IMG/VR virus record: IMGVR_UViG_3300027131_000001
Length of the DNA: 64,000 nucleotides
Reading direction: 5' to 3' (one strand)
Source of the DNA: a virus
Below are positions 45,352 through 55,448 of the stretch, one piece after another. Position numbers and translations under genes: made by a program. Position 1 is the stretch's first letter. The number at the start of each line of letters is the position of its first letter. The notes beneath the pieces were generated by a model. That model ran no database searches and was not told the DNA's origin. It worked only from the letters and a program-made list of their open reading frames with translations.

Positions 45352-45724
45352 TTTGCTGTTTAATCAATTTTTGAAGTTCTGCAGTCGACCCAACAAATAA
45401 ATTATTGTTAATTGTTTGAGGTGTCTGTGGACCATCCATACTCTCTATATCTTTATGTCTCTTTTGAAGCTCAAGTAAATCTTTATTAGTATCAGCTATT
45501 GTCTTTAAAAGAGTAGCAACTACCTCATAAGCCCTTGGCTGTTGACTTTGTTGCGCAACTCCGAGCATATCATTAAGTGCTTCGCTTCCTTTTTCAATAA
45601 CAGAAATCATACTACCACGAGCATACTCATAGTCTGTTGGCACCAACGACTTTCTTTGTGCACTAGTTAGTAGAGGTTGTAGTGGGTTCATATTCAAAGC
45701 ATCACCTATTGGATCATTGTTCAT
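45338..45724 (-). CDS. gp16: Terminase small subunit
   Basis: DYEYAR, PRAYEV, NNLFVGSTAELQK. Confidence 0.93.
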   Translation of the reverse strand: MNNDPIGDALNMNPLQPLLTSAQRKSLVPTDYEYARGSMISVIEKGSEALNDMLGVAQQSQQPRAYEVVATLLKTIADTNKDLLELQKRHKDIESMDGPQTPQTINNNLFVGSTAELQKLIKQQNEQE

Positions 45725-46514
45725 AAAACTGCTCTATTGTCTGACTAAACGTATAGTCATCATCTGCTTCAACTTGAGCGAGAGTCTTGCCTGTTACAAT
45801 TGGAATAGTTGTTATGGTATCCTGTATCTGAGTATTACCTATTGCAGTTGTTAACGATCTAGCACTATCAACATTATAAAGATTGATAGCAGAAGTCTTA
45901 ATTTGTTCGGATTTTCTTGATGGTCCAAATATATAACCTTTGAGAGTAAAATTAAGAGTCCAAGTAAGAACTCTTCTTTCTATAAAATTACCCTCATAGG
46001 TATCTTCGGATCTAACATCATCTAATATTATAGGTATATCATATTTATGCTGCATGGAAGAATCGAGATTTAATGTAGCAGTCCAGTCCGGTGTAAAGAA
46101 CGGTAGAATCTGCTCAAGTATCCTTGTTCCGTCATTGGCATTTTTAACAAGTATGTACATACTGAAATTAAAATCATACGGCACAGGCATGTATTGATAT
46201 TTTAATCTATCTGGATTAGTTGGATCTTGAACTGCAACTCTGTTAATAGTTGGTAGCTTACGCTCTGATGCATAACTTATATCCGTCATCTCAAAACCTA
46301 TCCTAGGGAGCTGGATAGCAACAGGTTTTGTTAGATCTGGATCTTGTGTAAGTCTAGAAATGAATTTCTGCTTTGGTCCGTACGATACAGGAACCTTTAT
46401 TGTTTGTGTAGTATCTGTACCATCGCCTTTAAGAATATAGATGTCATTAAATATTGTTCCAAACAAAACAACATATTTTTTTATGGTATCGTGATAAAAA
46501 ACTTGATTAAACAT
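45714..46514 (-). CDS. gp15: Tail sheath stabiliser / terminator
   Basis: FGTIFNDI, VPVSYGPKQKF, LPRIGFE, EQILPFF. Confidence 0.95.
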   Translation of the reverse strand: MFNQVFYHDTIKKYVVLFGTIFNDIYILKGDGTDTTQTIKVPVSYGPKQKFISRLTQDPDLTKPVAIQLPRIGFEMTDISYASERKLPTINRVAVQDPTNPDRLKYQYMPVPYDFNFSMYILVKNANDGTRILEQILPFFTPDWTATLNLDSSMQHKYDIPIILDDVRSEDTYEGNFIERRVLTWTLNFTLKGYIFGPSRKSEQIKTSAINLYNVDSARSLTTAIGNTQIQDTITTIPIVTGKTLAQVEADDDYTFSQTIEQFYEQ

Positions 46515-47236
46515 TAGTACGTTCCCTCACTGAAAGGATCAATTTCACTGAAGTCTAATATACTATCACCTTCAGATTCCAACTCAACATTATCAGAAAT
46601 TGGATCTTGTGTATCCATGTTGAACGATTCTAAAACAAGGTCGTATCCGTCCTCATCTGCAAGTGCAAGACCGGTCTCTAACTTGATTGCAAAATCTGTC
46701 AGATTAAAGGTTAGATCTCTTTGCTTATCATCAATTAAAGATATACCTGTGTTAAATATTTCATTACTGTATTCAAACAACTCACAACTAATATCAAAAG
46801 TCTGAAGAGACCCTAGTTGATAGAATATTGCTTCGTGCTCAACAAACTTAATCTCAAACAACTTATTATTTAGAGGGAAGTATATTAGATCACCCTCTCT
46901 TGGCCTTACAAATGAAGTGTAAGCACCAACTTCATTACTAAATGTTCTTCTTGCTACTGTGAATGTTACCTGGTCTCTTATCTCTAAATTAAATTTAGAA
47001 AGAAAATCACCTTGACCAGCAAATCCTTCTACATTCTTAATATACATCTCAACAAAATATTGAGTGTTAAACTCTGAGTACGAGTCCTCACCCAGAATTA
47101 AGTCGTCATTAATTCTAGTTCTTGGAAGATAATACAAATCATGTCCGTACATACGGATTGACTCGACTACTAAATCTTCAATCAGTAGTTGTTCTTGGCT
47201 GGCACCAAAATTATTGAAATAGAAGGAGGTGGCGAT
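46514..47236 (-). CDS. gp14: Neck protein gp14, apparent non-canonical ATC start
   Basis: Frame extends 28 codons above the annotated ATG as (M)ATSFYFNNFGASQEQLLIEDLVVESIRMYG; AAGGGG SD precedes ATC; P.EGDLIY motif. Confidence 0.88.
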   Translation of the reverse strand: MATSFYFNNFGASQEQLLIEDLVVESIRMYGHDLYYLPRTRINDDLILGEDSYSEFNTQYFVEMYIKNVEGFAGQGDFLSKFNLEIRDQVTFTVARRTFSNEVGAYTSFVRPREGDLIYFPLNNKLFEIKFVEHEAIFYQLGSLQTFDISCELFEYSNEIFNTGISLIDDKQRDLTFNLTDFAIKLETGLALADEDGYDLVLESFNMDTQDPISDNVELESEGDSILDFSEIDPFSEGTY

Positions 47237-47247
47237 TTTGTTACCCC

Positions 47248-47988
47248 TTAACCAATCATATCAAAAGCTGGAAGCGAGTAACTGCTACTCATCTCTTTTT
47301 CCATTGCTTCAATTTCATTAACTGCATCGTTGTAAATCTTGTCACCGTTGAATTGAACACCACCAGGTAACTGCAGACCACTAAATTTAGTGAGGTTAGA
47401 TCCCCATTGTTTTTTAATTAGTGCAGACGTATAAAGAGATAGCCACCTGTCCCCCCACACATCAGTATACACGTCAGGATCAACAACTTGATATGCTTCA
47501 ACTATTAAATAATTACCAGCGTTAACTTTATTCCAATCCATATCAACAAACATTCTATTCATATGTCTGTTATATCTGATTGGTTGCTGACCTACGAGCA
47601 TTTGTTCTAGCAGCTGAATGTGCTGGAACATCATGTAGTAGGGAATCATTGAGACCGATGTAAGAGTATACAGGTCGTTAAGAGCAATTTGATAGCGGAT
47701 ATCAAAAAGATTATTGGTAACCATTGGATCACCAATGTTAAATATTCTTACTGCCCCTATAATATTTTCAGGTAAAGTAATATACTTGTCTGTAATATTA
47801 GTTGAAGTAATCAGATGCTTATAGTATACTCTCTCAGTACCATCAAAATGGTAATCCCAGTAATACTTTAAAGCTTCATCAATCCGGTCTTCTACTTGAT
47901 CATCATCAACGTTAATTTCAATTACAGGTTTACCTAGCTTGCGTAAACAATATTCTTTAAAAGTAGATCTTGAGGTTGGAACAGCCAT
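47248..47988 (-). CDS. gp13: Neck protein
   Basis: YCLRKLGKPVIEINVDDDQ, QWGSNL.KF.G.QLPGG. Confidence 0.96.
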   Translation of the reverse strand: MAVPTSRSTFKEYCLRKLGKPVIEINVDDDQVEDRIDEALKYYWDYHFDGTERVYYKHLITSTNITDKYITLPENIIGAVRIFNIGDPMVTNNLFDIRYQIALNDLYTLTSVSMIPYYMMFQHIQLLEQMLVGQQPIRYNRHMNRMFVDMDWNKVNAGNYLIVEAYQVVDPDVYTDVWGDRWLSLYTSALIKKQWGSNLTKFSGLQLPGGVQFNGDKIYNDAVNEIEAMEKEMSSSYSLPAFDMIG

Positions 47989-48045
47989 TATTACTCCTTG
48001 TTCTTTGGAGTATTTATGTTTATTTAATTAAGAAAAAAATAGCTA

Positions 48046-48339
48046 CTAGGGTTTAGGATATTTGATCTTTATCTCTTCAATTGATGCTTTCCAAACATCG
48101 TACCCACCGTGATATAGCAAATCAAACTGATCAGCAAAACTAGGATATTCTTTTCTTCTATCTCTTTGATATTGTGTATTTATTCGAGCTTGAACTAACT
48201 CAGCAACGGTATCTTCAACTTCTTGTCTAGTTGGTTTGCTTTGAACTGTGTCTTTCCAGTTGATATTATCATATACATCATCACCAATAACTTCCCATGA
48301 AGAACCCGGTCTCAATTTTACTAGTGCCTGTGCAATCAT
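48046..48339 (-). CDS. Small tail-fibre-associated protein
   Basis: AL..LRPG..W; YQRDR..EYP...DQ.D.LYH...KYPKP. Confidence 0.7.
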   Translation of the reverse strand: MIAQALVKLRPGSSWEVIGDDVYDNINWKDTVQSKPTRQEVEDTVAELVQARINTQYQRDRRKEYPSFADQFDLLYHGGYDVWKASIEEIKIKYPKP

Positions 48340-49055
48340 CCTGCAATCTCCATTAGAATAATAGAGGATGTTCCTCTTTCAAAACCAACAGTAGTGGCAG
48401 CATTAACAGTTCTATTAGTATACAAAGTTTCAGTAGATTGTGGTGTATAATAAGCCCTGTATGTAACCGTAGATGTTGTACCAGGTGAATCTATATAATT
48501 ATAAAAAACATTTTCTGGTGTTGAATCTGCATTTGCAGAATAATGTGATAAAGAAGCCATTGACATACCTAAAAGATTGCTACCCGGTTGTGCAGGTAAT
48601 CCTATTGCCGTTCCATCTCTAGTTATTCCAAACATACTCTCCCAGTTCATACCATCTGTACCGTGTTCACCAAACCAACGAACAAAAATTAAAATTCTAC
48701 TGCTAGTTGAAGTTGGTTGTATTGTTGCTTGTAGACCAGTGATGTTGTTGACAGCAGCACCGGTCATTGATTGTGATACTGGTGTTGTAAAGTATGTGTC
48801 TACAACTTGCAACACAGACCCTGCAGGTAGTCTTGATCTTGATATTGTTCCAGAAGAGATGTTGGTTCCATTCAAAGATGTAAGTGAGGCACCTGAACCG
48901 CTGAATACATTAGCTGTAGTGTTACCAGTAACAACAAGGTTGTCACCAAACATTCCGTTTCCGGAAAAATAAACACCATCCTGGGATGCGTCTATTTGTC
49001 TTTTACCGACAAGTAAACCATCCTGATCAAGAACTAGTTTATTAAAAACAGGCAT
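48336..49055 (-). CDS. Short fibre / structural protein
   Basis: GSVLQVV...I.PTS.SSRIL...SSI.LMEIAG domain common in T4-like fibre regions. Confidence 0.7.
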   Translation of the reverse strand: MPVFNKLVLDQDGLLVGKRQIDASQDGVYFSGNGMFGDNLVVTGNTTANVFSGSGASLTSLNGTNISSGTISRSRLPAGSVLQVVDTYFTTPVSQSMTGAAVNNITGLQATIQPTSTSSRILIFVRWFGEHGTDGMNWESMFGITRDGTAIGLPAQPGSNLLGMSMASLSHYSANADSTPENVFYNYIDSPGTTSTVTYRAYYTPQSTETLYTNRTVNAATTVGFERGTSSIILMEIAG

Positions 49056-49056
49056 A

Positions 49057-52000
49057 TTACGCTTGTGCTTCTGTCCAAGACATACGACTAAAAATGTTGA
49101 ATGCTGTTGACGGGGTCAAGTTTCTAACAACAACGCTTACAACATCTGGACCGTCTGGAAACACAGCAGCTGCACCAGTAAGTGCTGTAAATGTAGAGTT
49201 CGAACTTCCGTATGTTGAATTCTGGCCGGAATATCCACCAAGAACAGAGTTACCTAAGTCTCTAACCAACGGTAATTCTTGACTTGTTGTTGTTAGGTTA
49301 GTAGTACCACCAGAGCTGTTTGTGAAGAAACCGTAAATAACTTCACCACCAGTAATCGTTGTTGCAGCAGAGTGATTAATGTATTGAGCCAAGCTTGATC
49401 CACCAGCCGGCAACCATACTTGCGCAGCAGTTGATGCACCTGCGTTTATACTTCCATTCAGAACTAATGTTACAAGGAACTGACCAGCAGATAACATATC
49501 TAGCTGTCTCAACACCATCTGCATTCTATTGATAAGTTCTCTTGTACCTTGAGCACCAGGAATACCGTTATGAACACTCGGAGCTACTCTGAAGCTTTGC
49601 AACACATTGGTTGCTGCTCCAGCAACAGATAGACCAGTTGTCATACCCTGTGTAAATATGAATGACTTATCATCATCATACCTACCGTCCATAATCACAC
49701 TACTACCCCAGTGACTGATTGTCGGGGCAAATGCAGGTGCATGAAGTTGAACCTGAACAGGAGTTGTTGTTGAGAATGAGAAAGTTTGAGCTGCTGACAT
49801 ACCAGAAGAAACAATAGCAGCAACGTTTGCGGATGTTGATTGTAATGCTGCCTTACTAGACTTAACTGATGCATTTGTCGTAACACTAACAACGAACGAG
49901 TCAGGCGGTACAATCCAAAGTCCAGAAGCATTATTAGATTGAATATACATCCCTTCACTGATACCAGTTGTATCCGACATTAATAATGTAGATGAACCCG
50001 CAGTTGTCGTAATAGTAGCTACAAGATTACCTTGACCAGTTCTTGTTAGAGAATTAAGTGATGTATTAGATCTTGATGCATACTTAATAAATTCACTCTG
50101 CGTATCATTACGAACCCATGCAATACCTGAATTTGGCCAGTACATTGCATTTGCTACTGCAATCGATGTTGTATTACTTGCATCAAGAGTAGCAGTCAAC
50201 TCTGTATATTTTGCATGAGTATGATTTTCATATCTTGCTGGTAAGTTACCAGATCGCATGTATGCTTCGTAGTTCTTGTTATTGTTAACAACCTTGTGAC
50301 AATAAACTATGTTACCATCAGGTCCTCTGAACCCCCATCTAATGAATCCAGCACCGTACCAAGAGTAATCGATATAGAACATCTGCATCTTAGATGCATC
50401 AAGATTGAATCCACTTCTTCCACTTCCATCACATGCATCAATGTTCCACTGAGACTGAGGAATTCTAGTGTCTATCGTTTTTGTAACAATTGCATATGAA
50501 GGAGCTGATACAGTTGGTCCTTTATATGGGGGGTTAATTGTCATTGCTATATCAGAAGTAATCGTATTTATTTTATAAGATTGACCTCTGATTACTACCG
50601 AATCTCCAGGTACTAGCTGACGAGCAAATCTAGTTGTTGCTCCGTTGATAAGAGTGGCACTTGCGACAGCTGCAGAGTTATTGGTTAGTGTGACTCCTCC
50701 AGATAACTGGAAGACACTTTGCCTGATAACTGCATATAGCTGCTGACCATCATACTCAAAAAAGAGACCGTTTTGATCGTCAAACAAACCAATACGTGAT
50801 CCAGCACCGTTCCACGCTGTCACGTTCAGTCTATAATCACCAGAAGCAGTTGCATCTGTTGGGGTTGATAGAGCAGTATATGTAAACCTGTAAGGAGTTA
50901 TTACATCAACAACTGTGAATGTTCCGTTATACGCTGTTTGATCTGCCCCAGCTACTAGTATCTCTGCTCCAGGATTAATGTTATGAAGTTCTTTAGTTAT
51001 AAGTGTAACTGTGGTACCTGACGAAGTCAAACTATCTATTGTTATTTCAGGTTTTAGAATAGTACCGGTACTCATCTGAATACCCTTACCAGACTGGTAT
51101 CTAAAATATCTTCTCGTTTGTCTTATTAGCTGCTGTCCATGACTTTGGCTGAATGTACTAAATTTAACACCACCGTCAAACGCTCGGTGCGCAACACCGC
51201 CTGAAGGTTGATATGCTAGCTGTTGTGAAGTAATTGTACCCGGAGCTGATGTAGGCACAATACTAAACATTGTACTGTTAGCAACAGATACCACGACGTG
51301 TGTGTTGCTAAAAGAAGCGGTAGCAACTGAATTGATAACCGCAACCTCGTTACCAATTGATAGTCCGTGAGCCTGTGTAGTTGTCACGTTAACCATCTTA
51401 GTACTAAACACAGCCATTGTGTGAGCAACGTTGGCGCCAACGTACTGTTGGCCAGCATATCCAACAGTAAAAGCACTTAATATATTATTTGAGGTTGTAT
51501 TGGGAAATGGATACTTAGCATTCAATGTGACAGCTGTTGAGTTAGCAACAACCACATTAAATGTTCCATCAGAGCCGTGCCATGCAGTATCATACAAGAA
51601 AACAGGTTGGCCCTGTACAAGACTGTTGTTTGGTGTAAGAATTATAGTTTTACTACCGTTTGCTGCAGCAGTTAAAGTTGTCAGAGTAAGTGTCTGTGCG
51701 TTATTGACATATCCAAACGGTTGATAGTTGATCATGGCAACTGATTCCCACTTGGTAGACTGAGTACTGTATTCAAAGTCAGTATCAATCATTGATTGTG
51801 GTGTAGAAACACGCATCTTGTTAACTGGATCTGTCAACTCTTCAGATGCCGTTATTGCCGTATCAGTTTCATCAACAAGCACCTGAATTACATCGGTATT
51901 GCTCATTGAAGCTGTGTTGTAGTTCAATGTAATAGTAGTGGCGTTTGTATTACTATTAAACACAGCTGTAGTACCTGCAAATGTAGAATCTGCAAAATTA

Positions 52001-52131
52001 TACATTACCAGATTATCTGTTACGTTAGTTATCAGTGCTAGTTTTTCTAGAGGATAATAACCACGAACAACAAGTGTCTGAGCTACCGTGTTGAAAGTGT
52101 ATATAAAGTCAGGAATTACTCTTCTTGCCAT
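49057..52131 (-). CDS. Large virion structural protein
   Basis: 1024 aa, beta-rich, RQTRRYFRYQSGKG, DYSWYGAG, HG/HN repeats. Confidence 0.75.
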   Translation of the reverse strand: MARRVIPDFIYTFNTVAQTLVVRGYYPLEKLALITNVTDNLVMYNFADSTFAGTTAVFNSNTNATTITLNYNTASMSNTDVIQVLVDETDTAITASEELTDPVNKMRVSTPQSMIDTDFEYSTQSTKWESVAMINYQPFGYVNNAQTLTLTTLTAAANGSKTIILTPNNSLVQGQPVFLYDTAWHGSDGTFNVVVANSTAVTLNAKYPFPNTTSNNILSAFTVGYAGQQYVGANVAHTMAVFSTKMVNVTTTQAHGLSIGNEVAVINSVATASFSNTHVVVSVANSTMFSIVPTSAPGTITSQQLAYQPSGGVAHRAFDGGVKFSTFSQSHGQQLIRQTRRYFRYQSGKGIQMSTGTILKPEITIDSLTSSGTTVTLITKELHNINPGAEILVAGADQTAYNGTFTVVDVITPYRFTYTALSTPTDATASGDYRLNVTAWNGAGSRIGLFDDQNGLFFEYDGQQLYAVIRQSVFQLSGGVTLTNNSAAVASATLINGATTRFARQLVPGDSVVIRGQSYKINTITSDIAMTINPPYKGPTVSAPSYAIVTKTIDTRIPQSQWNIDACDGSGRSGFNLDASKMQMFYIDYSWYGAGFIRWGFRGPDGNIVYCHKVVNNNKNYEAYMRSGNLPARYENHTHAKYTELTATLDASNTTSIAVANAMYWPNSGIAWVRNDTQSEFIKYASRSNTSLNSLTRTGQGNLVATITTTAGSSTLLMSDTTGISEGMYIQSNNASGLWIVPPDSFVVSVTTNASVKSSKAALQSTSANVAAIVSSGMSAAQTFSFSTTTPVQVQLHAPAFAPTISHWGSSVIMDGRYDDDKSFIFTQGMTTGLSVAGAATNVLQSFRVAPSVHNGIPGAQGTRELINRMQMVLRQLDMLSAGQFLVTLVLNGSINAGASTAAQVWLPAGGSSLAQYINHSAATTITGGEVIYGFFTNSSGGTTNLTTTSQELPLVRDLGNSVLGGYSGQNSTYGSSNSTFTALTGAAAVFPDGPDVVSVVVRNLTPSTAFNIFSRMSWTEAQA

Positions 52132-52146
52132 GGTTTTATTTCTCCG

Positions 52147-52827
52147 TTATTCTGATAACATAATGTTGATCGGGCTGAATGGGATTAAGTTGTTGAATAC
52201 TCTCTGTGTTTTTGGACTAACATCAGAAGTACTTATCCTTCTAATTTTAAGGTTTGTGTTGTATTTAGTAGGCGCGCCTGCAAAGTTAATTACAGATACA
52301 AATGATACTGATAGGTTAGCAACTACTGCTGACCCACTTTTTCTACTAACAATAGTACCACTTATTACGGGCGATGTATTTGTTGATATGATACTGCCGT
52401 CAGTTCTCACATTAGTCAGTGTCAATGATGTTGGACTACTCTCGACTAAAGTTGCTGTGAATACTACACAGTTATTAGAATCTAATTGATAAACTTCTGA
52501 ATCTCTTGATATAGAAGTACTTACAACATTTACAACCAACGCGGATCTATCTAATCTATATCCATGTGTAAAATCACTATAAAAGACAGGAGAGTTGAAA
52601 TAATCTGTCTTTGTATAATCAACATTGTCTAGAGTTGATCCACCAGAAGTAACCAATAGTTGATCATCAGTATAAACTGTAGATACAACATTGTTAGCTC
52701 TCAAAACAAAATCCTTTGTAATTCCATTAAACTTGGAAACCAACGAATCATATTCAACAGGTGCACCTTTAGTAACTACATCAAAATATGATGACAGCTG
52801 TGATAAGTCTGAGGATCTTGTTGTCAT
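52147..52827 (-). CDS. Hypothetical structural protein
   Basis: 226 aa in the fibre cluster. Confidence 0.7.
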   Translation of the reverse strand: MTTRSSDLSQLSSYFDVVTKGAPVEYDSLVSKFNGITKDFVLRANNVVSTVYTDDQLLVTSGGSTLDNVDYTKTDYFNSPVFYSDFTHGYRLDRSALVVNVVSTSISRDSEVYQLDSNNCVVFTATLVESSPTSLTLTNVRTDGSIISTNTSPVISGTIVSRKSGSAVVANLSVSFVSVINFAGAPTKYNTNLKIRRISTSDVSPKTQRVFNNLIPFSPINIMLSE

Positions 52828-54380
52828 TTGATATTATTATCTTTTAATATTTTATTTATGTTATCTTGTAATTGATTGATTTGGTGTTGTTGTTTTTTCA
52901 TTCCTTCAATCAAGAATCCAATAATACTATTGTAGGATACGGATCTGAACCCTTCACTGTCAACATGGACCACCTCAGGAATAATCTTCTCAATCTCCTG
53001 AGCAATAACTCCGTAATCTTTAACACCAGTGTCTATCCTATCAAAAGACACCCCACGAATACTACCAACAACCTCTAGTGGATCCACAATAGTTTCAATA
53101 TTGGTTTTAAGTTTCTGATCAGATGATGAAGTAACTACAGTTGAAGTTAGTGTTCCTGATGATGGGTTATACAATAGTCTCGTACTTGAAACATATGCGT
53201 TAGCTATTGATCCGGATGTTTGGTTTGCAAATAATACATACCTCGTACCGTTCGTAGATGTATCATCTGAAGCAGTTGCTCCACTACCAGATGTTACCCA
53301 ATACGGAGAACCTGTTGTTCCGTTTGATGCAAGTACTTGGCCAGCTATTCCTGTTGTACCATTTGCTGTCAGAGGATCAGCAATAAGAACAGCAGTTGAG
53401 TTTGCAATAAAGGAACTAGATCCAATAGTTATACTGGCTGCATTAATAGTTCCAGTGTGATATACACCTGTCGTATTAGCAATCAACGTTGAACCAATAG
53501 TGTGGCTAGCAGCGTTAATGGTACCAGTATGATATACACCTGTTGTATTAGCAATTAGTATTGATCCAATAGTGTGGCTAGCAGCATTTACACTACCAGA
53601 AGAATTTAAAACAGGAACATTCAGCGTTCCTGTCATTGTATCACCTGCTTTTAAAACAGCATCCAGAAGTACAGCATCATTGTGATATGCTACTAATTCA
53701 ATATTATCACCGTCAAGAGGTGTTGACAGTATCGATACACCTGTACCGTTTGAAGCTGTGTAATCTGATCCAAACTTGTACTTAACACCGTTAACATACA
53801 CATCAAGATATCCAATATCATAATTTATACCGTAATTGGTTGTACTACCGTCTCCAGTATAGTACGCAACTGTTCTTATCGATTCTCCTCCTGATGCAGC
53901 CCAGTACGGAGCTCCAGATGTTCCATTGGAAGTTAAAACTTGGCCAGAAGTGCCTGTAGTGCCGTTAGCAGTCAAAGGATTAGCAATAACAATTGCTGTT
54001 AAGTTTGCAGTAAACGAACTAGATCCAATAGTTATACTGGCTGCATTAACAAGACCAGTATGGTAGGCACCAGTTGTATTTGCAATGAATGAAGTACCAA
54101 CAGTTAGAAGTGCACTGTTAACACTGGTTGATATGTTAGCAAAACCTGTTATAGTTGTGTTACCAGTAGCTAGTGTCGTTATACCGGAAACTGCACCACT
54201 AAAGTTACCAGTATTAGCATTTACCACCCATCTGGATATTGTGTTACCTAATTGAGTTCCAACAGTATTGGAAGCTGGAAATATCCCCGTAGTATTTGCA
54301 ACAACATTAGTACCAATGTTGATTTGTGTATCAACATTAGCGGTTCCATATATTCGGGTTCCTGAATTGAGCTTAGCCAT
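52824..54380 (-). CDS. Tail fibre with C-terminal peptidase S74 chaperone
   Basis: SSDQKLKTNI...GVIAQE...VSY...LIEGMK; internal ANTTGVYHTG repeats. Confidence 0.85.
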   Translation of the reverse strand: MAKLNSGTRIYGTANVDTQINIGTNVVANTTGIFPASNTVGTQLGNTISRWVVNANTGNFSGAVSGITTLATGNTTITGFANISTSVNSALLTVGTSFIANTTGAYHTGLVNAASITIGSSSFTANLTAIVIANPLTANGTTGTSGQVLTSNGTSGAPYWAASGGESIRTVAYYTGDGSTTNYGINYDIGYLDVYVNGVKYKFGSDYTASNGTGVSILSTPLDGDNIELVAYHNDAVLLDAVLKAGDTMTGTLNVPVLNSSGSVNAASHTIGSILIANTTGVYHTGTINAASHTIGSTLIANTTGVYHTGTINAASITIGSSSFIANSTAVLIADPLTANGTTGIAGQVLASNGTTGSPYWVTSGSGATASDDTSTNGTRYVLFANQTSGSIANAYVSSTRLLYNPSSGTLTSTVVTSSSDQKLKTNIETIVDPLEVVGSIRGVSFDRIDTGVKDYGVIAQEIEKIIPEVVHVDSEGFRSVSYNSIIGFLIEGMKKQQHQINQLQDNINKILKDNNIK

Positions 54381-54401
54381 TTATTGTACTTACCTTAATA
54401 T

Positions 54402-55448
54402 TTAAACAAAAGCATTTGGAAATGTAGGAGCACTTTGTCCATAGGCACTATAGAATATTTTTATTGCGCCAGTGGCACCTGGACCACCTGTTCCTGTTGC
54501 ATCATCCGACCCGCCGCCACCTCCACCACCGTATAGGCCGCCTGCTCCACTTACGGCACCGCTAGAGCCGTCACCTCCACCAGAGCCACCACCACCTCCT
54601 CCACTACTATTAGTAGTGTTAGCCACTCCATTAACCCCAACTCCCGTTCCACCAAGTCCAACTCCGCCGCCGCCACCGCCTCTAGTATTTGATCCACAAC
54701 CGCCAGCACCAGAACCGCCACTGCCACTACCGCCTGCAAGGCCAAGCGTTGCACCAATTGCACCAGCACCTCCAGTACCCGAATATCCTCCAGCACCACC
54801 TCCTCCTGCACCACCTGATGAGTTACCAGCGCCACCAGCACCACCAGTACCACCTGAACCAGTTACTACATTTCCACCAGCGCCACCATTATTATTTCCA
54901 CTAATTGCAAAACAATTACCTCTTGTTCCACCATCTGCTTGTAATAGAATTGTAGCAGCTCTTGCAATACTAGAAAGTCCACCAGAAGTTCCAACATTCA
55001 ATCCTGCTCCACCAGCACCACTTGTTCCTACTACTACTGTTAATGTTTCTCCAGGTGTTACTGCTATATTATTAATGTAAGCTAAAGCACCACCGCCACC
55101 ACCACCACCACCATTAGTAGTGTTTGTTCCACCGCCACCTCCACCGCCACCGCCAACGGCAACAGCAGAGATGCTGGTTATGCCATCAGGTACAACAAAT
55201 GATCCGTTTGTTGTAAACGTGTTACTAACTGTGAGATACTCTTCAAATTCACCATTAATCAATAAAGTTCCATCGCTCAATTGACGTTGTTTTACTGATC
55301 CAGCACCAAGACTCACTTCGTCAAATTCAGAAGCAAACACCGTGTTTGATGTAGTGCGAAACTTTGATGGGGCAATAGAAGTATTCTCGTCAAGCTCACC
55401 GTTGACCATCAATGTCCCTGTGCTGAGAAGTCTAGTGGCTATTGGCAT
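54402..55448 (-). CDS. Glycine-rich domain structural protein
   Basis: VP.G...AVGGGGGG...GGLYGGGGGG. Confidence 0.8.
   Translation of the reverse strand: MPIATRLLSTGTLMVNGELDENTSIAPSKFRTTSNTVFASEFDEVSLGAGSVKQRQLSDGTLLINGEFEEYLTVSNTFTTNGSFVVPDGITSISAVAVGGGGGGGGGTNTTNGGGGGGGGALAYINNIAVTPGETLTVVVGTSGAGGAGLNVGTSGGLSSIARAATILLQADGGTRGNCFAISGNNNGGAGGNVVTGSGGTGGAGGAGNSSGGAGGGGAGGYSGTGGAGAIGATLGLAGGSGSGGSGAGGCGSNTRGGGGGGVGLGGTGVGVNGVANTTNSSGGGGGGSGGGDGSSGAVSGAGGLYGGGGGGGSDDATGTGGPGATGAIKIFYSAYGQSAPTFPNAFV

Noticed and set aside
54472-55080. Proline-rich plus-strand ORF
   Set aside because: Antisense shadow of the Gly-rich gene (GGN codons read as NCC on the other strand).
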